Shown here: piece after piece, positions 48,801 to 58,990 of the stretch
Position numbering within the stretch: position 1 is the first letter of the stretch
Layout: each line of letters starts with the position of its first letter
Assembly: GCA_963777155.1 (NCBI GenBank)
Contig: CAVZPM010000038.1
Coordinates: 35,615 to 99,614 of the forward strand
Reading direction: 5' to 3'
Source: Candidatus Bathyarchaeota archaeon
Lineage (GTDB): Archaea; Thermoproteota; Bathyarchaeia; Bathyarchaeales; Bathycorpusculaceae
DNA: 64,000 bases
Position numbers and translations under genes: made by a program
Notes under the pieces: generated by a model
The model's database searches: none
The model's input: only the letters and a program-made list of their open reading frames with translations
Told to the model about the DNA's origin: nothing

Positions 48801-49500
48801 TTAAAACTTTATGGATTCTTCGGAGACGCCTTCCTTAGTTATGATAAGGAAGTCAATGCCGTCGCCACTCATGGAATCTCTACTTACCGCAGACTTTATT
48901 GAGCGAGTGACGAGTTCTTTTGCTTCTTTCAGGCTCATGGTTTCTTTGTATCCTTCTTCTAAAACACCCATAGCGATTTCTGTGCCTGAACCCACAACGG
49001 CATACTTGTCAGGAATTAAGTGAACCTAAGACGTCAAGCACATAGAGTGATGCACCTTCTTCATCTAAGCCGCCGACGATTGTCTGGGTGAATAATGGTG
49101 AGTATCGTCGGTTGAACAGTACGTTAGCTAAGAGTTTGGATGCTGAACGTACACTGATTTTTCTTCCGACATCCATACTGAAAAGGTTCGCTTGCGCCTG
49201 CATTTCTTTGGCAAGAATCTGCATGTCTCCTACCAACCCCGCACATGCTACGCCGATTTGGTCTGTTACTTTGAAGACTTTTTTGCCGCCTTTACTCATG
49301 ATGAAGTTTCCATATGTGACTCTTTTTTCTGAAGCTAAAATTACTCCATCTTTGAAGATAGCGCCCACTGTGGTGGCGCCTGGCATCCATCCGCCTCCTT
49401 GCTGGGCTTGGTTGCCTTGAGCTTGTTGCTGGTCTTGCGGCATCAGCTGGATTTGTGGAATATTTGGTAATCCAGGTAATTGTGGTCCATAACCTTCCAT
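48801..49500 (-). CDS. psmB: Proteasome beta subunit (Ala at the Thr1 position; frameshift near 49015)
   Basis: PG-ATTVG, LASEKR..KKVF, AGLVGDMQ, GSGT and RDSMSGDG motifs. Removing one A from CTTAATTCCT joins the two ORFs. Confidence 0.9.
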
Positions 49501-49581
49501 AATTTTCGCCTTTTCTTGATATACACAACACAAATAATTAAGGTTACTTATAACCATTATAGAGTAAGCGGAGAGGCTTGA

Positions 49582-49752
49582 ATGAGTGAGTCTAAACCGT
49601 TAAAGTGCCTAAAATGCGGCAAACTCATCGGTTATATAACCGTAAGTGCCAAGAGCTTGTTAGTTACTAAACCTGACGTGGATAACGTTAAGTTGACTGC
49701 TACCTGCATTGGTTGCTCTGGTCAAAACAGTTTTTATATCAGAAACTTTTAA
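49582..49752 (+). CDS. Small CxxC..CxxC zinc-finger protein, 56 aa (not in ORF track)
   Basis: Manual translation MSESKPLKCLKCGKLIGYITVSAKSLLVTKPDVDNVKLTATCIGCSGQNSFYIRNF. GGAGAGG SD-like sequence upstream. Confidence 0.7.
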   Translation: MSESKPLKCLKCGKLIGYITVSAKSLLVTKPDVDNVKLTATCIGCSGQNSFYIRNF

Positions 49753-49791
49753 CATGCACTCCGACCATTCATCCACGGAGGATCGGTAGAA

Positions 49792-50376
49792 ATGATTGAA
49801 GTCTACAACCAAAACTTTGATAACACATGGTTTTCAATCGCCATAGATCAACAACAAATCGTGGCATCATCGTTTGGAGCAGACCAATCCGCAACCGTAA
49901 AAAATGTTTTAGGCAACATATCCTTCAACTGTCCTTTTCAGGTCTTCCTTGAACCCACAACATTTGCCAAAAACGCGCTTGCAACATTGAAGAACATTTA
50001 CGACGGAAAGAAAGTCACCCTCAACTTGCCCTTGGCAATAGACAATTTACGATCCTACACCAAGAAAGTATTAAGAACAACCTTGACTGTCCCGCTTGGG
50101 TACGTAACTTCTTATGGTGCAATTGCTAAAGCGGTTGGCGGTGGTCCAAGAGCGGTTGGAAATATCATGGCATCTAACCCGTTTGCCCCTATAGTTCCTT
50201 GCCACAGAGTTGTTAGAACGAATTTTTCGTTGGGTGGTTATGGTTTTGGTTTGAAAACAAAGATTGAGCTGTTGGGAAGAGAAAAACAAGGATTTTCTTC
50301 TTGTAGAGAAATTGAGGTTCTGGGCGGGCGACTTATGGTTTTTCCAGTTGAACAGGTTCTCCGAAACTTCGCCTAA
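49792..50376 (+). CDS. ogt: Methylated-DNA-protein-cysteine methyltransferase
   Basis: VPLGYVTSYG, RAVG and NPFAPIVPCHRV motifs. Confidence 0.92.
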   Translation: MIEVYNQNFDNTWFSIAIDQQQIVASSFGADQSATVKNVLGNISFNCPFQVFLEPTTFAKNALATLKNIYDGKKVTLNLPLAIDNLRSYTKKVLRTTLTVPLGYVTSYGAIAKAVGGGPRAVGNIMASNPFAPIVPCHRVVRTNFSLGGYGFGLKTKIELLGREKQGFSSCREIEVLGGRLMVFPVEQVLRNFA

Positions 50377-50433
50377 ATTTCTGTGCACAAATCATAAATG
50401 CAGGCGAGCCCCACTCAAAGCAAGTGAGCAATC

Positions 50434-50958
50434 ATGGTTACTCGAGGCTTATATGTTGGAAGATTTCAGCCTTTTCATCTGGGACATCTAGACGCCATCA
50501 AGTATGCCTTGAAAAAGGTTGATGAATTAGTAATAGTCATTGGCAGTGCCCAATACAGCCATAACTCGAACAACCCGTTTACGGCAGGCGAACGGCTGGT
50601 TATGGTTCGCCGGTCGCTGTCGGAGGCTAAAGTGGATTACTCGAAACTCTGGATTGTTCCAGTGCCAGACGTTCACCTGCATATGCTTTGGGTAAGCGCA
50701 GTTGAAGGCTATACACCAAAATTCAGCGTCCTATTCTCCAACGAGCCCTTAACCAAGAGACTCTTTATGGAAGGCGGTTATCAGGTCAAAACTATTCCGC
50801 TGTTTGAAAGAGAAGTCTATAACTCAACTTTTGTTCGCGAAAAAATGGTTAAAGACAACAGCTGGACCGAACTAGTTCCCAAGAGTGTAGTTGACTTTAT
50901 TTTGGAAATAGACGGGGTCAACAGAATTAGGGACCTAACCAGAACAGACAGGGTTTAG
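50434..50958 (+). CDS. nadM: Nicotinamide-nucleotide adenylyltransferase
   Basis: GRFQPFHLGH, GSAQYSH..NPFTAGER and W.ELVP motifs. Confidence 0.94.
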   Translation: MVTRGLYVGRFQPFHLGHLDAIKYALKKVDELVIVIGSAQYSHNSNNPFTAGERLVMVRRSLSEAKVDYSKLWIVPVPDVHLHMLWVSAVEGYTPKFSVLFSNEPLTKRLFMEGGYQVKTIPLFEREVYNSTFVREKMVKDNSWTELVPKSVVDFILEIDGVNRIRDLTRTDRV

Positions 50959-51522
50959 TTAAACAACCACTTTATCCTTTGAAGCCTTATTGTAGTATCG
51001 CCAAGCCAACAGGTAAACTGAGATCAATACGAAAAGTTCTGCAAATATCCCTAAAAACATGTCACCTGAAAGAGCTATAAAATTGTTGGCTATGTGAAGG
51101 CTCACAGAAAGTAGGTAATAGGGCAGGGGATTCTTTTTGGCTATGCCGTAAGCAGTTATAGCTGCACTGGAAGAGTGAAAAATAATGCCTGGAAATCTGG
51201 AAATAGGAGAAGCTCCTAAAGAGAAAACGTACAAAACAAACTCCGAAATACCAAAACCCAACCCAATCAAAACGCCCAAGGTAACATATGATCTCTCTGT
51301 TTCTCCATGTCTATAGAATAGCGGGAAAACCTTTGCAAGCTCCTCGATGAAGGGGGCCAAAATAACAACCGCCAAAGCCGCAGGAAACAGAGTATAGAAT
51401 TGAGAGAAGAACAAAGCAAATGGAATGCTCACAAGAATTCCAGAGGAAAAAAAGAACACTAACTCTCTAATGGTCGGTTTATGAATTGGAATAACACATT
51501 GGCGCTGGGGTTCAGATTCCAC
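50959..51522 (-). CDS. PrsW-family intramembrane glutamic protease
   Basis: APFIEELAK, GLGFGISE, FH and LHIANN motifs in a multi-TM protein. Confidence 0.82.
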   Translation of the reverse strand: MESEPQRQCVIPIHKPTIRELVFFFSSGILVSIPFALFFSQFYTLFPAALAVVILAPFIEELAKVFPLFYRHGETERSYVTLGVLIGLGFGISEFVLYVFSLGASPISRFPGIIFHSSSAAITAYGIAKKNPLPYYLLSVSLHIANNFIALSGDMFLGIFAELFVLISVYLLAWRYYNKASKDKVVV

Positions 51523-51583
51523 AAAAACGAGCTCCTACAAAATAAAGAATATTTTCTTCCTTATCTGCTTTTTTACTAAGACC

Positions 51584-52954
51584 CTAAAAGCCTGAGGATA
51601 TAAGGTCTGAGGGCTTGATTATTTCCCTTAATACCACCGTGGCATAGGAGCCTCTTAGCAACATAAAACTCATCTTTGCCTCAGACGTGCCTTCTTGATT
51701 CGCCGAAACACTCTGCAACTTAAAATCGCGGACAGGAGTAACAACAGCACGTAAACCTCCTCGTCCACCCGTCCTTGAAAGTACGTTTACCTGCAACCCT
51801 TCAGTTCCGATTCCTTCTTGCACAAGAACCTGATTTTCTATCTGCCCCATGATACCTTGGGAAAGCTTTTGTTTGATCCCAAAAATTGGCAGAGCAACAC
51901 GCAATCGTCCAGTTTTGATTTGAGCGTTAATTTCAACCAAATTCTCGTTAGACGCAACTTTAGCAACGTTTGTCATGGGCAATCCAGAACGTTCCACACC
52001 AACTACAAAATCACCTGCAACCGCCTTATTCAAAGGTAAATCATGCTTGACCCGTTCGCTTAGGAAACGATTAAACAAGTAGGATTGGTGGGCTTGAACA
52101 AAAAGCGCTTGCAGTTTAAGTGGTAAACGTTGGAAAGCTCCGGTGAAATCATCTGGATGATCGGATAGATGGTTTAGCATTTGCCGTTCGAATCGGAGTT
52201 GTTTAGGGAAACTGTCTTTGGCTAATTTGAAGTCTTTGGTGGTTTCTAATTCTTGGCGGGCTTGTCTTGAAGCAGGGTGTTCATGAACGCTGGGTTTAGC
52301 CAGAAAAAGCATCGTTGCCTCCTCAAAATCACCTTGAACAAGGGCTTTTCCAACCAGATGAGTGATTGGACGGGTGGTCCCGAATCGCTGATGACCGAAA
52401 AAGTTTGGGGCTCCGCCCAAAACATTTAGTTCGTGGATTGTTTGGGTTATGCGCTCGACTACTTCCACCTCTGACAGATTTAGGTTCTTAATAGTTATCG
52501 TAAAGTTGTTTCCTAACAGGTAGAACAAAGACATCTGCTCTCGGACGTAACCAATTGGATGCACTTCAACGTCTTTTAATTCGACTTTCTGGGCATCCTC
52601 TACAGAAACGTTCGTTATGCTGACATGCTGGGCAGTTACTGCCTTAGCGTCTTTTATCCCTGCAAACTGGACTCTTGTCTGATCGACGCCCAGGGACTTA
52701 GCCACGTTTTTAACAGCGATAAAAGTGTCCCAGTTACGCTTAACCAAGATACAAAGCAGGAAACGCTGCCTCTGAAGCGTGGAACCCAAAACTTGACTCG
52801 GAACTGAACCATCCACGGAAGCTTTAGAACCATCTACAAGAATCTCTTCAACCACAAAATCATCGACTGACTGTTTGATTTTGCCACCGATGCCTTCAGT
52901 TGTGGTGGTGTAGACTTTCATGCCAAGAATGTTGTCGATTTCAGGAACAATCAA
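51584..52954 (-). CDS. truD: tRNA pseudouridine(13) synthase
   Basis: DFVVEE, FAGIKDAKAVTAQ, GNNFTI, PNFFGHQRFG and F.L.RGSYAT motifs. Confidence 0.95.
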   Translation of the reverse strand: MIVPEIDNILGMKVYTTTTEGIGGKIKQSVDDFVVEEILVDGSKASVDGSVPSQVLGSTLQRQRFLLCILVKRNWDTFIAVKNVAKSLGVDQTRVQFAGIKDAKAVTAQHVSITNVSVEDAQKVELKDVEVHPIGYVREQMSLFYLLGNNFTITIKNLNLSEVEVVERITQTIHELNVLGGAPNFFGHQRFGTTRPITHLVGKALVQGDFEEATMLFLAKPSVHEHPASRQARQELETTKDFKLAKDSFPKQLRFERQMLNHLSDHPDDFTGAFQRLPLKLQALFVQAHQSYLFNRFLSERVKHDLPLNKAVAGDFVVGVERSGLPMTNVAKVASNENLVEINAQIKTGRLRVALPIFGIKQKLSQGIMGQIENQVLVQEGIGTEGLQVNVLSRTGGRGGLRAVVTPVRDFKLQSVSANQEGTSEAKMSFMLLRGSYATVVLREIIKPSDLISSGF

Positions 52955-52962
52955 AAAATCGC

Positions 52963-53326
52963 CTATAGCAGCTTGAGTTTACCAGTTAATCGGTCAATCA
53001 TAGCTGATGGCGCTGGACCAATACCCAAACAAGTAATAGTTCCCTCAGGAATCTGAGTTAAACCACGGTCAACAATCAACGCATGAGGCAACCCAAAATC
53101 CTCTGCAGCCTCCTCCAAATCGCATAACTCTTTCTCTGTCTGAACCTTAACTGCGACTTTCTTTTGCCCTTCATACAACCATGCGTCCCACCATTTTTTA
53201 TGGTGTACGTATGCATCTTGGGCTGCGGAGATGGCTGCATGTCCTGCTTGCGCTGCGATTTTACCTTTACCCATTTGCAGGTCGGTGCGGAAAGACGAGG
53301 ACTTGTTTGTATTCGAACTGACTCAT
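52963..53326 (-). CDS. pth2: Peptidyl-tRNA hydrolase Pth2 (one extra base near 53290)
   Basis: MSQFEYKQVLVF-RTDLQMGKGKIAAQAGHAA, GQKKVAVKV, DRGLTQI and GIGP motifs. Confidence 0.92.
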
Positions 53327-53360
53327 TTTAGTTCCCGACTGTATGTTAGCACTGGAGATT

Positions 53361-54613
53361 TTAAGGGTTTGCAGACAAGTAAAGCAGCCCAAAGTAGAGG
53401 AGAGCGGCTGCCATCGCTGGCTTCTGAACAGCGGTTAGCAACATTTTACCCTGAAAATCTATTTCATCCACTTCACGTAATGTTTTATCGACACCCAACT
53501 TGCCACAGACGTGAAGCATCTCATCTAACTTTTCGTCGGAAAGAGAATTAAGAAACCGCCTTAGCCTTAACATAACGTTAAAGTCGAAACGCATCAAAGA
53601 ATCACAACGCTTCTGATACGCCTGCAAAACTCTAGAAGAAACATCGTCTTGCGCAATGGCTTTAGCCTGCTGCTTCCGCAGCTTCCTTTGCAGCGGTTAA
53701 CCCGAAGATGACGCCGCCGCCAGTGGTAGGCTTCACTTGGGAAGCACAATCGCCAACAGCTAGAAAACCGTTGGTGTATGCCTGCGGAATTGGACCAGCC
53801 AAAGTGATCGCGTGGAAGCCAACATTTGTCATTGTTGGCTTTTGCAAGTTGTTTTGAAGCAATTGGATGTCTTGTCATTAGTCTTTTTAGGTATTCTCGT
53901 GGATCACCTTTGTTTGTCGCTAACCCCACTTTTGCTGAGCCATCAGGCCTTGGAATAAGCCAACCATAAAAGCCCGGTGCATAAGCCTTTCCAAAATAAA
54001 CTTCAACCGCGTCAAGGTCAACATTCTGAACATTTTCCATTTCTGCCTCAACAGCGTACACTATTCCGTTTGGTTTGAGTGGAGTTAAGCCTGTTTGCCG
54101 CAGAAGTCTCGATGAGATCCCTTCAGCGTCCACTACAATTTTGGAGTTAACTTGCACTATAGCGCCATGGTCCTGGAAGACATTGATGCCTTTAACATAT
54201 CCATCAGCCATTGTCAGTGATTGAACAGGGGAACTTAATGCAAAGGTTGCTCCAGCAGCCTCGGCTTGCCCTGCCAAATACTGATCAAAGCGTGTCCTGT
54301 TCAAAGCAACGGTAACTGGACAGGAAAGGTGTAGCGAGAATTTGGTGCCGTAGGGTGAGTAAAAGTTGGCGGTGCAAAACTTGTTCTCCAAAATGCCATC
54401 GGGAAGTGGATAGAGACCCATTGTTTTTAGACTTCGAATGCTGATATGTCCAGCGCAGTGTGAGGGCACTCCAATTTGTGGATGCTCCTCAAAAACTGTG
54501 ACCATGACACCTTTTTTTGCCAGGTTTAGTGCTGTATATGAACCGACTGGTCCACCCCCAACTACAATAACGTCTGGATTATTGGCTATGAAGGGTTGCT
54601 TGTGGGCAGTCAT
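53361..54613 (-). CDS. Geranylgeranyl reductase family flavoprotein (two frameshifts)
   Basis: VVGGGPVG, PSHCAG, RTRFD, GFYGWLIP and AVGDCASQVKPTTGGG motifs spread over ORFs 53594..54613, 53662..53862 and 53361..53627. Confidence 0.85.
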
Positions 54614-54855
54614 GATTATGCAATAAAACTAAATCGTATATAAGCAAAAGGGCAAATCGTTAGGCTCAGTTTAAAGTACCTTGATATACGATGTCACATA
54701 TTTTTGGAGCTATAGGACTCATCAGAGAATAACTGGATCTAGAACCTCAAGGGCAGATTTATATCACTGTTTTTTCGAAAAACTTTGTTAGAAATGAATA
54801 GAATCAGAAAGAGATAAAATAAAAAAGAAAAGGGAGTTGTTTTTTCTCTATGGTT

Positions 54856-55251
54856 TTATGGGTGTTTTCTTGCTACTGACCAGACTACTACGGCTATGAG
54901 AACTATTATGAGAACAATCATAACAGCGGATAGCGGTAGGAAGTATAGGTCAGCCATTGATTGTGGCGCTGCAGTAGTTGGTGCAGGAGTGATATTAGGT
55001 GTTTGCATGACGTTGAATGCGGTTTCAGATGACGATTGCCAGTATGAATCTGAGCCAGCGAATGTTGCGAATACCTTGTATGTTCCTGGAACTTCTGGTT
55101 TGTATGCTGTAGCGAACACGCCGAGTGCGTCTGTTGTGGCAGTACCGATGACGTAAGAGTTACCGTTGGGGTCAATGGTCGATAGAGTGACAGTTACTCC
55201 TGTTGCGTTAGCTGGGCGTGGTCCTTGTTGATACACGTACTGCATTGTCAT
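54856..55251 (-). pseudogene. 5'-truncated 3' module of a PQQ-like surface-protein gene (Ig-like domain, stalk, TM helix, RKHP)
   Basis: MQYVYQQGPRPANATGVTV..DPNGN..IGTATTD..KPEVPGTYKV.ATFAGS.SY..ADLYF-TM-RKHP parallels 22480..23259. No signal peptide or propeller is upstream. Confidence 0.75.
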
Positions 55252-55514
55252 ATCGTTAGATTTGACTAAGGGGTTTGGACAGCGACCAAATCTACTGCAA
55301 ATTCTCCTCTTTCACTAGAAACGAGACAATAAAAATAATCATAGCTTTAGATTTACGATTTTTCGTTTTTCTTTTCTCCTTAAAGTTTTGCGGAAAGACC
55401 AAGTGAATTGACTTACAAAAGTTGCGGAAAATATGAAAAGGTAAAATCACAAAAATCATATGAAGAAAAAACGTTATTAACAAAAAAAATTAATATACAA
55501 AAAAATGAATTGCT

Positions 55515-55751
55515 TTAACGTTGTTGAACCAATTCGATTCGGCGTTTGCCACGAGACATCGATGAAGTGCGGATTTTACCACTTACCTCAAGCTTTAGCA
55601 ATAGTTCATTGAAGTCCTTGAAGCCAAGATCTTCGTACTCATCTTTAAGCGAGTCAAAAAGGTCGTCGTCTGTGAGGTCGCCCTTCTTAGTTAAGACTTC
55701 TAGTAGATAAAAATAAGCTGGTCGGGTTTTCCAAGTTTTCATCTGTGGCAT
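55515..55751 (-). CDS. Small winged-helix protein downstream of cdc48
   Basis: MPQMKTWKTRPAYFYLLEVLTKKGDLTDDDLFDSLKDEYEDLGFKDFNELLLKLEVSGKI, a helix-helix-helix-wing pattern. Starts 11 nt after the cdc48 stop. Confidence 0.7.
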   Translation of the reverse strand: MPQMKTWKTRPAYFYLLEVLTKKGDLTDDDLFDSLKDEYEDLGFKDFNELLLKLEVSGKIRTSSMSRGKRRIELVQQR

Positions 55752-55762
55752 AAACGTCCTTC

Positions 55763-57934
55763 CTATGCAACTGGGGTTGCTGGCTTTTGTACTTGTCGGA
55801 TTTGCTGCATGAAGCTCTTGTACCACTTTTCCATGTCAGGTGTAATCGATGGACCCATCTCTTTGAGGGCATCCTGGAAATCCTTCATCGTGACTTCTGT
55901 AGAGTTAACGTTCTTTCGGAGTGCATGCATCGCAGCTTCGCGGCACAGCGATTCTATGTCAGCGCCAGAATAGTATTTAGTTGCAATTGTTATCTGGTTT
56001 AAGTCCACATCTTTGGCAATTGGCATACCCTTCGTGTAGATTTTGAGGATTTGCAAACGGCTCTTCTCATCAGGCTCAGGCACATAGATTAAACGGTCAA
56101 AACGTCCGGGACGCAACACAGCCGAATCAACCATGTCAGGACGGTTAGTAGCAGCGATAACTACGATGTCTTGCAACGTCGTAATACCATCCATCTCCGT
56201 TAATAGTTGGCTTATGACACGTTCGGAAACACCGCTATCAGACATACCCATCCCACGTCTGGGAGTAAGAGAGTCGATTTCGTCGAGGAATACAATTGCA
56301 GGCGCTGCCATGCGGGCTTTGCGGAAGACTTCGCGGATGGCTTTTTCTGATTCGCCGACCCATTTGCTGAACACTTCAGGTCCTTTGATGGATATGAAGT
56401 TGGCTTCGCTCTCTGTTGCCACTGCGCGTGCTAGCAGGGTTTTCCCGCAGCCCGGTGGGCCATAGAGTAAGATGCCTTTGGGTGGTCTGATTCCAAGTTT
56501 GGTGAATATTTCCGGGGTCTTGATTGGCCATTCTACGGCTTCGATTAGGTGCTGTTTTACGTCGTCGAGTCCGCCTGCATCATCCCAGTGGACAGTTGAG
56601 ACTTCAATGTAGACTTCACGCATAGCTGTGGGTGTGACTTCTTTGTATGCCCCCAAGAAATCGTCCATTTTAACTTCCATTTTCTCCAATACAGCGGGCG
56701 GGATACGTTCTTCTTCAAGGTTAATCTGTGGCAAATAGCGTCTTAGTGCTTTCATGGCGGTTTCTCTGCCTAAAGAAGATAAGTCGGCTCCTGTGTAGCC
56801 GTGTGTCATGGCTGAGAGTTTCGGAAGGTCAACATCTGTTGCCAGCGGCATACCTCGAGTGTGGATTTGGAGAACTTCATAGCGTCCTTTCTTGTCAGGG
56901 ACACCGATTTCTATTTCCCGGTCAAACCTGCCTGGTCGACGCAGTGCTGGATCAAGGGCGCCAGGGCGGTTGGTCGCTCCGATGACGATGACGTTTCCTC
57001 TACCTGACAAACCATCCATGAGAGCTAGGAGCTGGGCAACCACGCGTCTTTCCACTTCACCTGTGACTTCTTCACGTTTAGGAGCTATGGCGTCAAGTTC
57101 ATCAACAAAGATTATGCTCGGAGCATTCTGTTGGGCCTGCTGGAAAATTTCTCGGAGCCTAGCTTCTGATTCGCCATAGAATTTGCTCATGATTTCTGGT
57201 CCATTGATGCTGTAGAAGTTAGCTTCTGACTCGTTTGCGACTGCACGAGCGAGCAGGGTTTTGCCGCAGCCTGGTGGACCATGTAGCAGCACACCTTTTG
57301 GCGGTTCAATTCCTAAACGTTGGAAAAGCTCTGGGTGACGAAGGGGCAACTCGACCATTTCACGGACACGTTGGATTTCCGTGTGAAGTCCACCGATGTC
57401 TTCATAGTTTGTTCTGGGCAAACCTTTGCCTTCGGGTGCTGGCTCGTTTAGGATTGTGAGTTTTGTTTCAGCAGTAACTTTAATGATACCGTGCGGACGC
57501 GTTTTTGAGACTGTGAAAGGTATAGCATGTCCTAGCATCATAACCAGTGTAGTGTCGCCTTCGACTAAGGTACGTTCCATTAGCCGATTTTTAACGAAAT
57601 TGGTGAAGTCCTCATCCACGTTAAGACGCATATCTACAGGCGCGAGAGTTATGGAAAGGGCGGTTTTGACTTTTGCAGGTCTAATAACCACGTACTCGTT
57701 TATTGCGACTCCAGAGTTTTTACGTGTGAACCCGTCGATACGAATTATGTCGCGGTTCTGGTCTTCACTATACGCGGGCCAAGCAATAGCGGATGTGGTA
57801 CGTTTATTCACGATTTCAATTACGTCTCCAGCACTAATGCCTAGTTTCTGCATTGTTCGCTGATCAATTCTGGCGATTCCTCTACCCACATCTCGTTGTC
57901 TTGCATCTCCAACACGTAGTTGTATTTCGCTCAT
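55763..57934 (-). CDS. cdc48: CDC48/VCP (VAT) AAA+ ATPase
   Basis: N-domain plus two AAA modules (GPPGCGKT twice, DELD/DEID, RPGRFDR twice). Confidence 0.97.
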   Translation of the reverse strand: MSEIQLRVGDARQRDVGRGIARIDQRTMQKLGISAGDVIEIVNKRTTSAIAWPAYSEDQNRDIIRIDGFTRKNSGVAINEYVVIRPAKVKTALSITLAPVDMRLNVDEDFTNFVKNRLMERTLVEGDTTLVMMLGHAIPFTVSKTRPHGIIKVTAETKLTILNEPAPEGKGLPRTNYEDIGGLHTEIQRVREMVELPLRHPELFQRLGIEPPKGVLLHGPPGCGKTLLARAVANESEANFYSINGPEIMSKFYGESEARLREIFQQAQQNAPSIIFVDELDAIAPKREEVTGEVERRVVAQLLALMDGLSGRGNVIVIGATNRPGALDPALRRPGRFDREIEIGVPDKKGRYEVLQIHTRGMPLATDVDLPKLSAMTHGYTGADLSSLGRETAMKALRRYLPQINLEEERIPPAVLEKMEVKMDDFLGAYKEVTPTAMREVYIEVSTVHWDDAGGLDDVKQHLIEAVEWPIKTPEIFTKLGIRPPKGILLYGPPGCGKTLLARAVATESEANFISIKGPEVFSKWVGESEKAIREVFRKARMAAPAIVFLDEIDSLTPRRGMGMSDSGVSERVISQLLTEMDGITTLQDIVVIAATNRPDMVDSAVLRPGRFDRLIYVPEPDEKSRLQILKIYTKGMPIAKDVDLNQITIATKYYSGADIESLCREAAMHALRKNVNSTEVTMKDFQDALKEMGPSITPDMEKWYKSFMQQIRQVQKPATPVA

Positions 57935-58072
57935 GAATAATTTCTCCTAAATAATCCTGACTTGCATTTTATGGATGCGTTTGAAAAAGCGGTTATGACT
58001 ATATAAACTTTAAAGCGTAATCCGAAATACTCCCAAGATGACATAGGGGAGGAAAAGTTTGGTTTTTGTAGT

Positions 58073-58351
58073 TTAGTCGCGGCTTGTTCTGCGTATCTGG
58101 AATGTTTGAGCTTGGCTTACACCAGGGATTTTTGCGAGTTTCTCTTCGAATTCATCAACTAGACCTGATTTATCTTCAGGATATCTAATTTGAACTAAGA
58201 GTGCTACGAGCCCAAAAGCAACTGGTTCTTCGCCGTATCCTTCAATTGCGGCGAATTCAGGCAGGATTGCCTTGATTTGGGTTTTGAGGCCATCAAAACT
58301 TGGCATGATGTCTTCTGGGAAAACCTTATAGGTTACAAGTACACTACCCAT
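58073..58351 (-). CDS. ef1b: Elongation factor 1-beta
   Basis: YKVFPED, EEPVAFGLVAL and GVSQAQ pattern, downstream of the DUF1610 gene as is canonical. Confidence 0.9.
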   Translation of the reverse strand: MGSVLVTYKVFPEDIMPSFDGLKTQIKAILPEFAAIEGYGEEPVAFGLVALLVQIRYPEDKSGLVDEFEEKLAKIPGVSQAQTFQIRRTSRD

Positions 58352-58363
58352 GCGGTTCGCCTT

Positions 58364-58543
58364 TTAAGGTCCACTAAAGCCGCATTTGGGACATCTGTAG
58401 AGGCGACCGAATTTGCGGCATTTTCCGTCTCGTTTAACCTGGATTTCTCCGCATTGTGGGCACAGGAACTTTGTGGATTCGCTGCCTGGCGGGATTGGTT
58501 TTCCGCAACTTGTACATGTGACTAGGGACAACTTTTCCGACAT
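58364..58543 (-). CDS. DUF1610 / HVO_2753-like zinc-finger protein, 59 aa (not in ORF track)
   Basis: Manual translation MSEKLSLVTCTSCGKPIPPGSESTKFLCPQCGEIQVKRDGKCRKFGRLYRCPKCGFSGP. Confidence 0.9.
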   Translation of the reverse strand: MSEKLSLVTCTSCGKPIPPGSESTKFLCPQCGEIQVKRDGKCRKFGRLYRCPKCGFSGP

Positions 58544-58810
58544 AAACTTTGCACTTCTGTGCCGTCATAATTGTAAGGGTTCCTTATATTTGCTATGCTT
58601 AAAAAGTGCGCTTAAGCCAAACTTATGAACGCCAACTGCTTCTGCCTTAACCATAAGTCCTTATTTAGACGTGGAATAAACTCATTCGGAAATGCTCTTT
58701 GATTTAAGCAGTCTACCCACCCCCTTACCCACAGAGACAAAGGGTTAGCAGGTTTCTATCATGTTGATGCCCCGTTTGAGGATTTTCTAATTTGCCTTGT
58801 CGGAATGTGT

Positions 58811-58850
58811 ATTGCGCACCGCAATGCCTATAAGTAAATATTCTAATATT
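58811..58850. promoter_or_regulatory. Two adjacent inverted repeats (ATTGCG-CAC-CGCAAT and AATATT-CT-AATATT) around a TATA-like tract upstream of the 58991 gene
   Basis: Read directly at 58811-58825 and 58837-58850. Confidence 0.45.
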
Positions 58851-58877
58851 ATAATATATGCTTTGAAGTTGTAAGTT

Positions 58878-58945
58878 GAAACAACAGAAAACAGCCATTC
58901 AAATGCCGTATAAAACGTTTCAAAAACTGTTTCACAACCGTTTCA
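58878..58945. repeat. Three phased GTTTCA direct repeats plus one inverted TGAAAC
   Basis: GTTTCA at 58917, 58929 and 58940 (spacing 12 and 11), and TGAAAC at 58878. Confidence 0.45.
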
Positions 58946-58990
58946 ACCAACTCCTATACCACTCCAAAGCCATAGTAATAATATCAAAAA

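Noticed and set aside
25541-57863. Many antisense or alternate-frame ORFs in the track (e.g. 25541..25876, 26933..27490, 28335..28679, 46452..46880, 57426..57863)
   Set aside because: They are shadows of well-supported genes on the opposite strand or frame, with no motifs of their own.
58878-58945. GTTTCA repeats as a CRISPR array
   Set aside because: The units are 6 nt with 5-6 nt gaps, there are no 25-40 nt repeats or spacers, and no cas genes are present.
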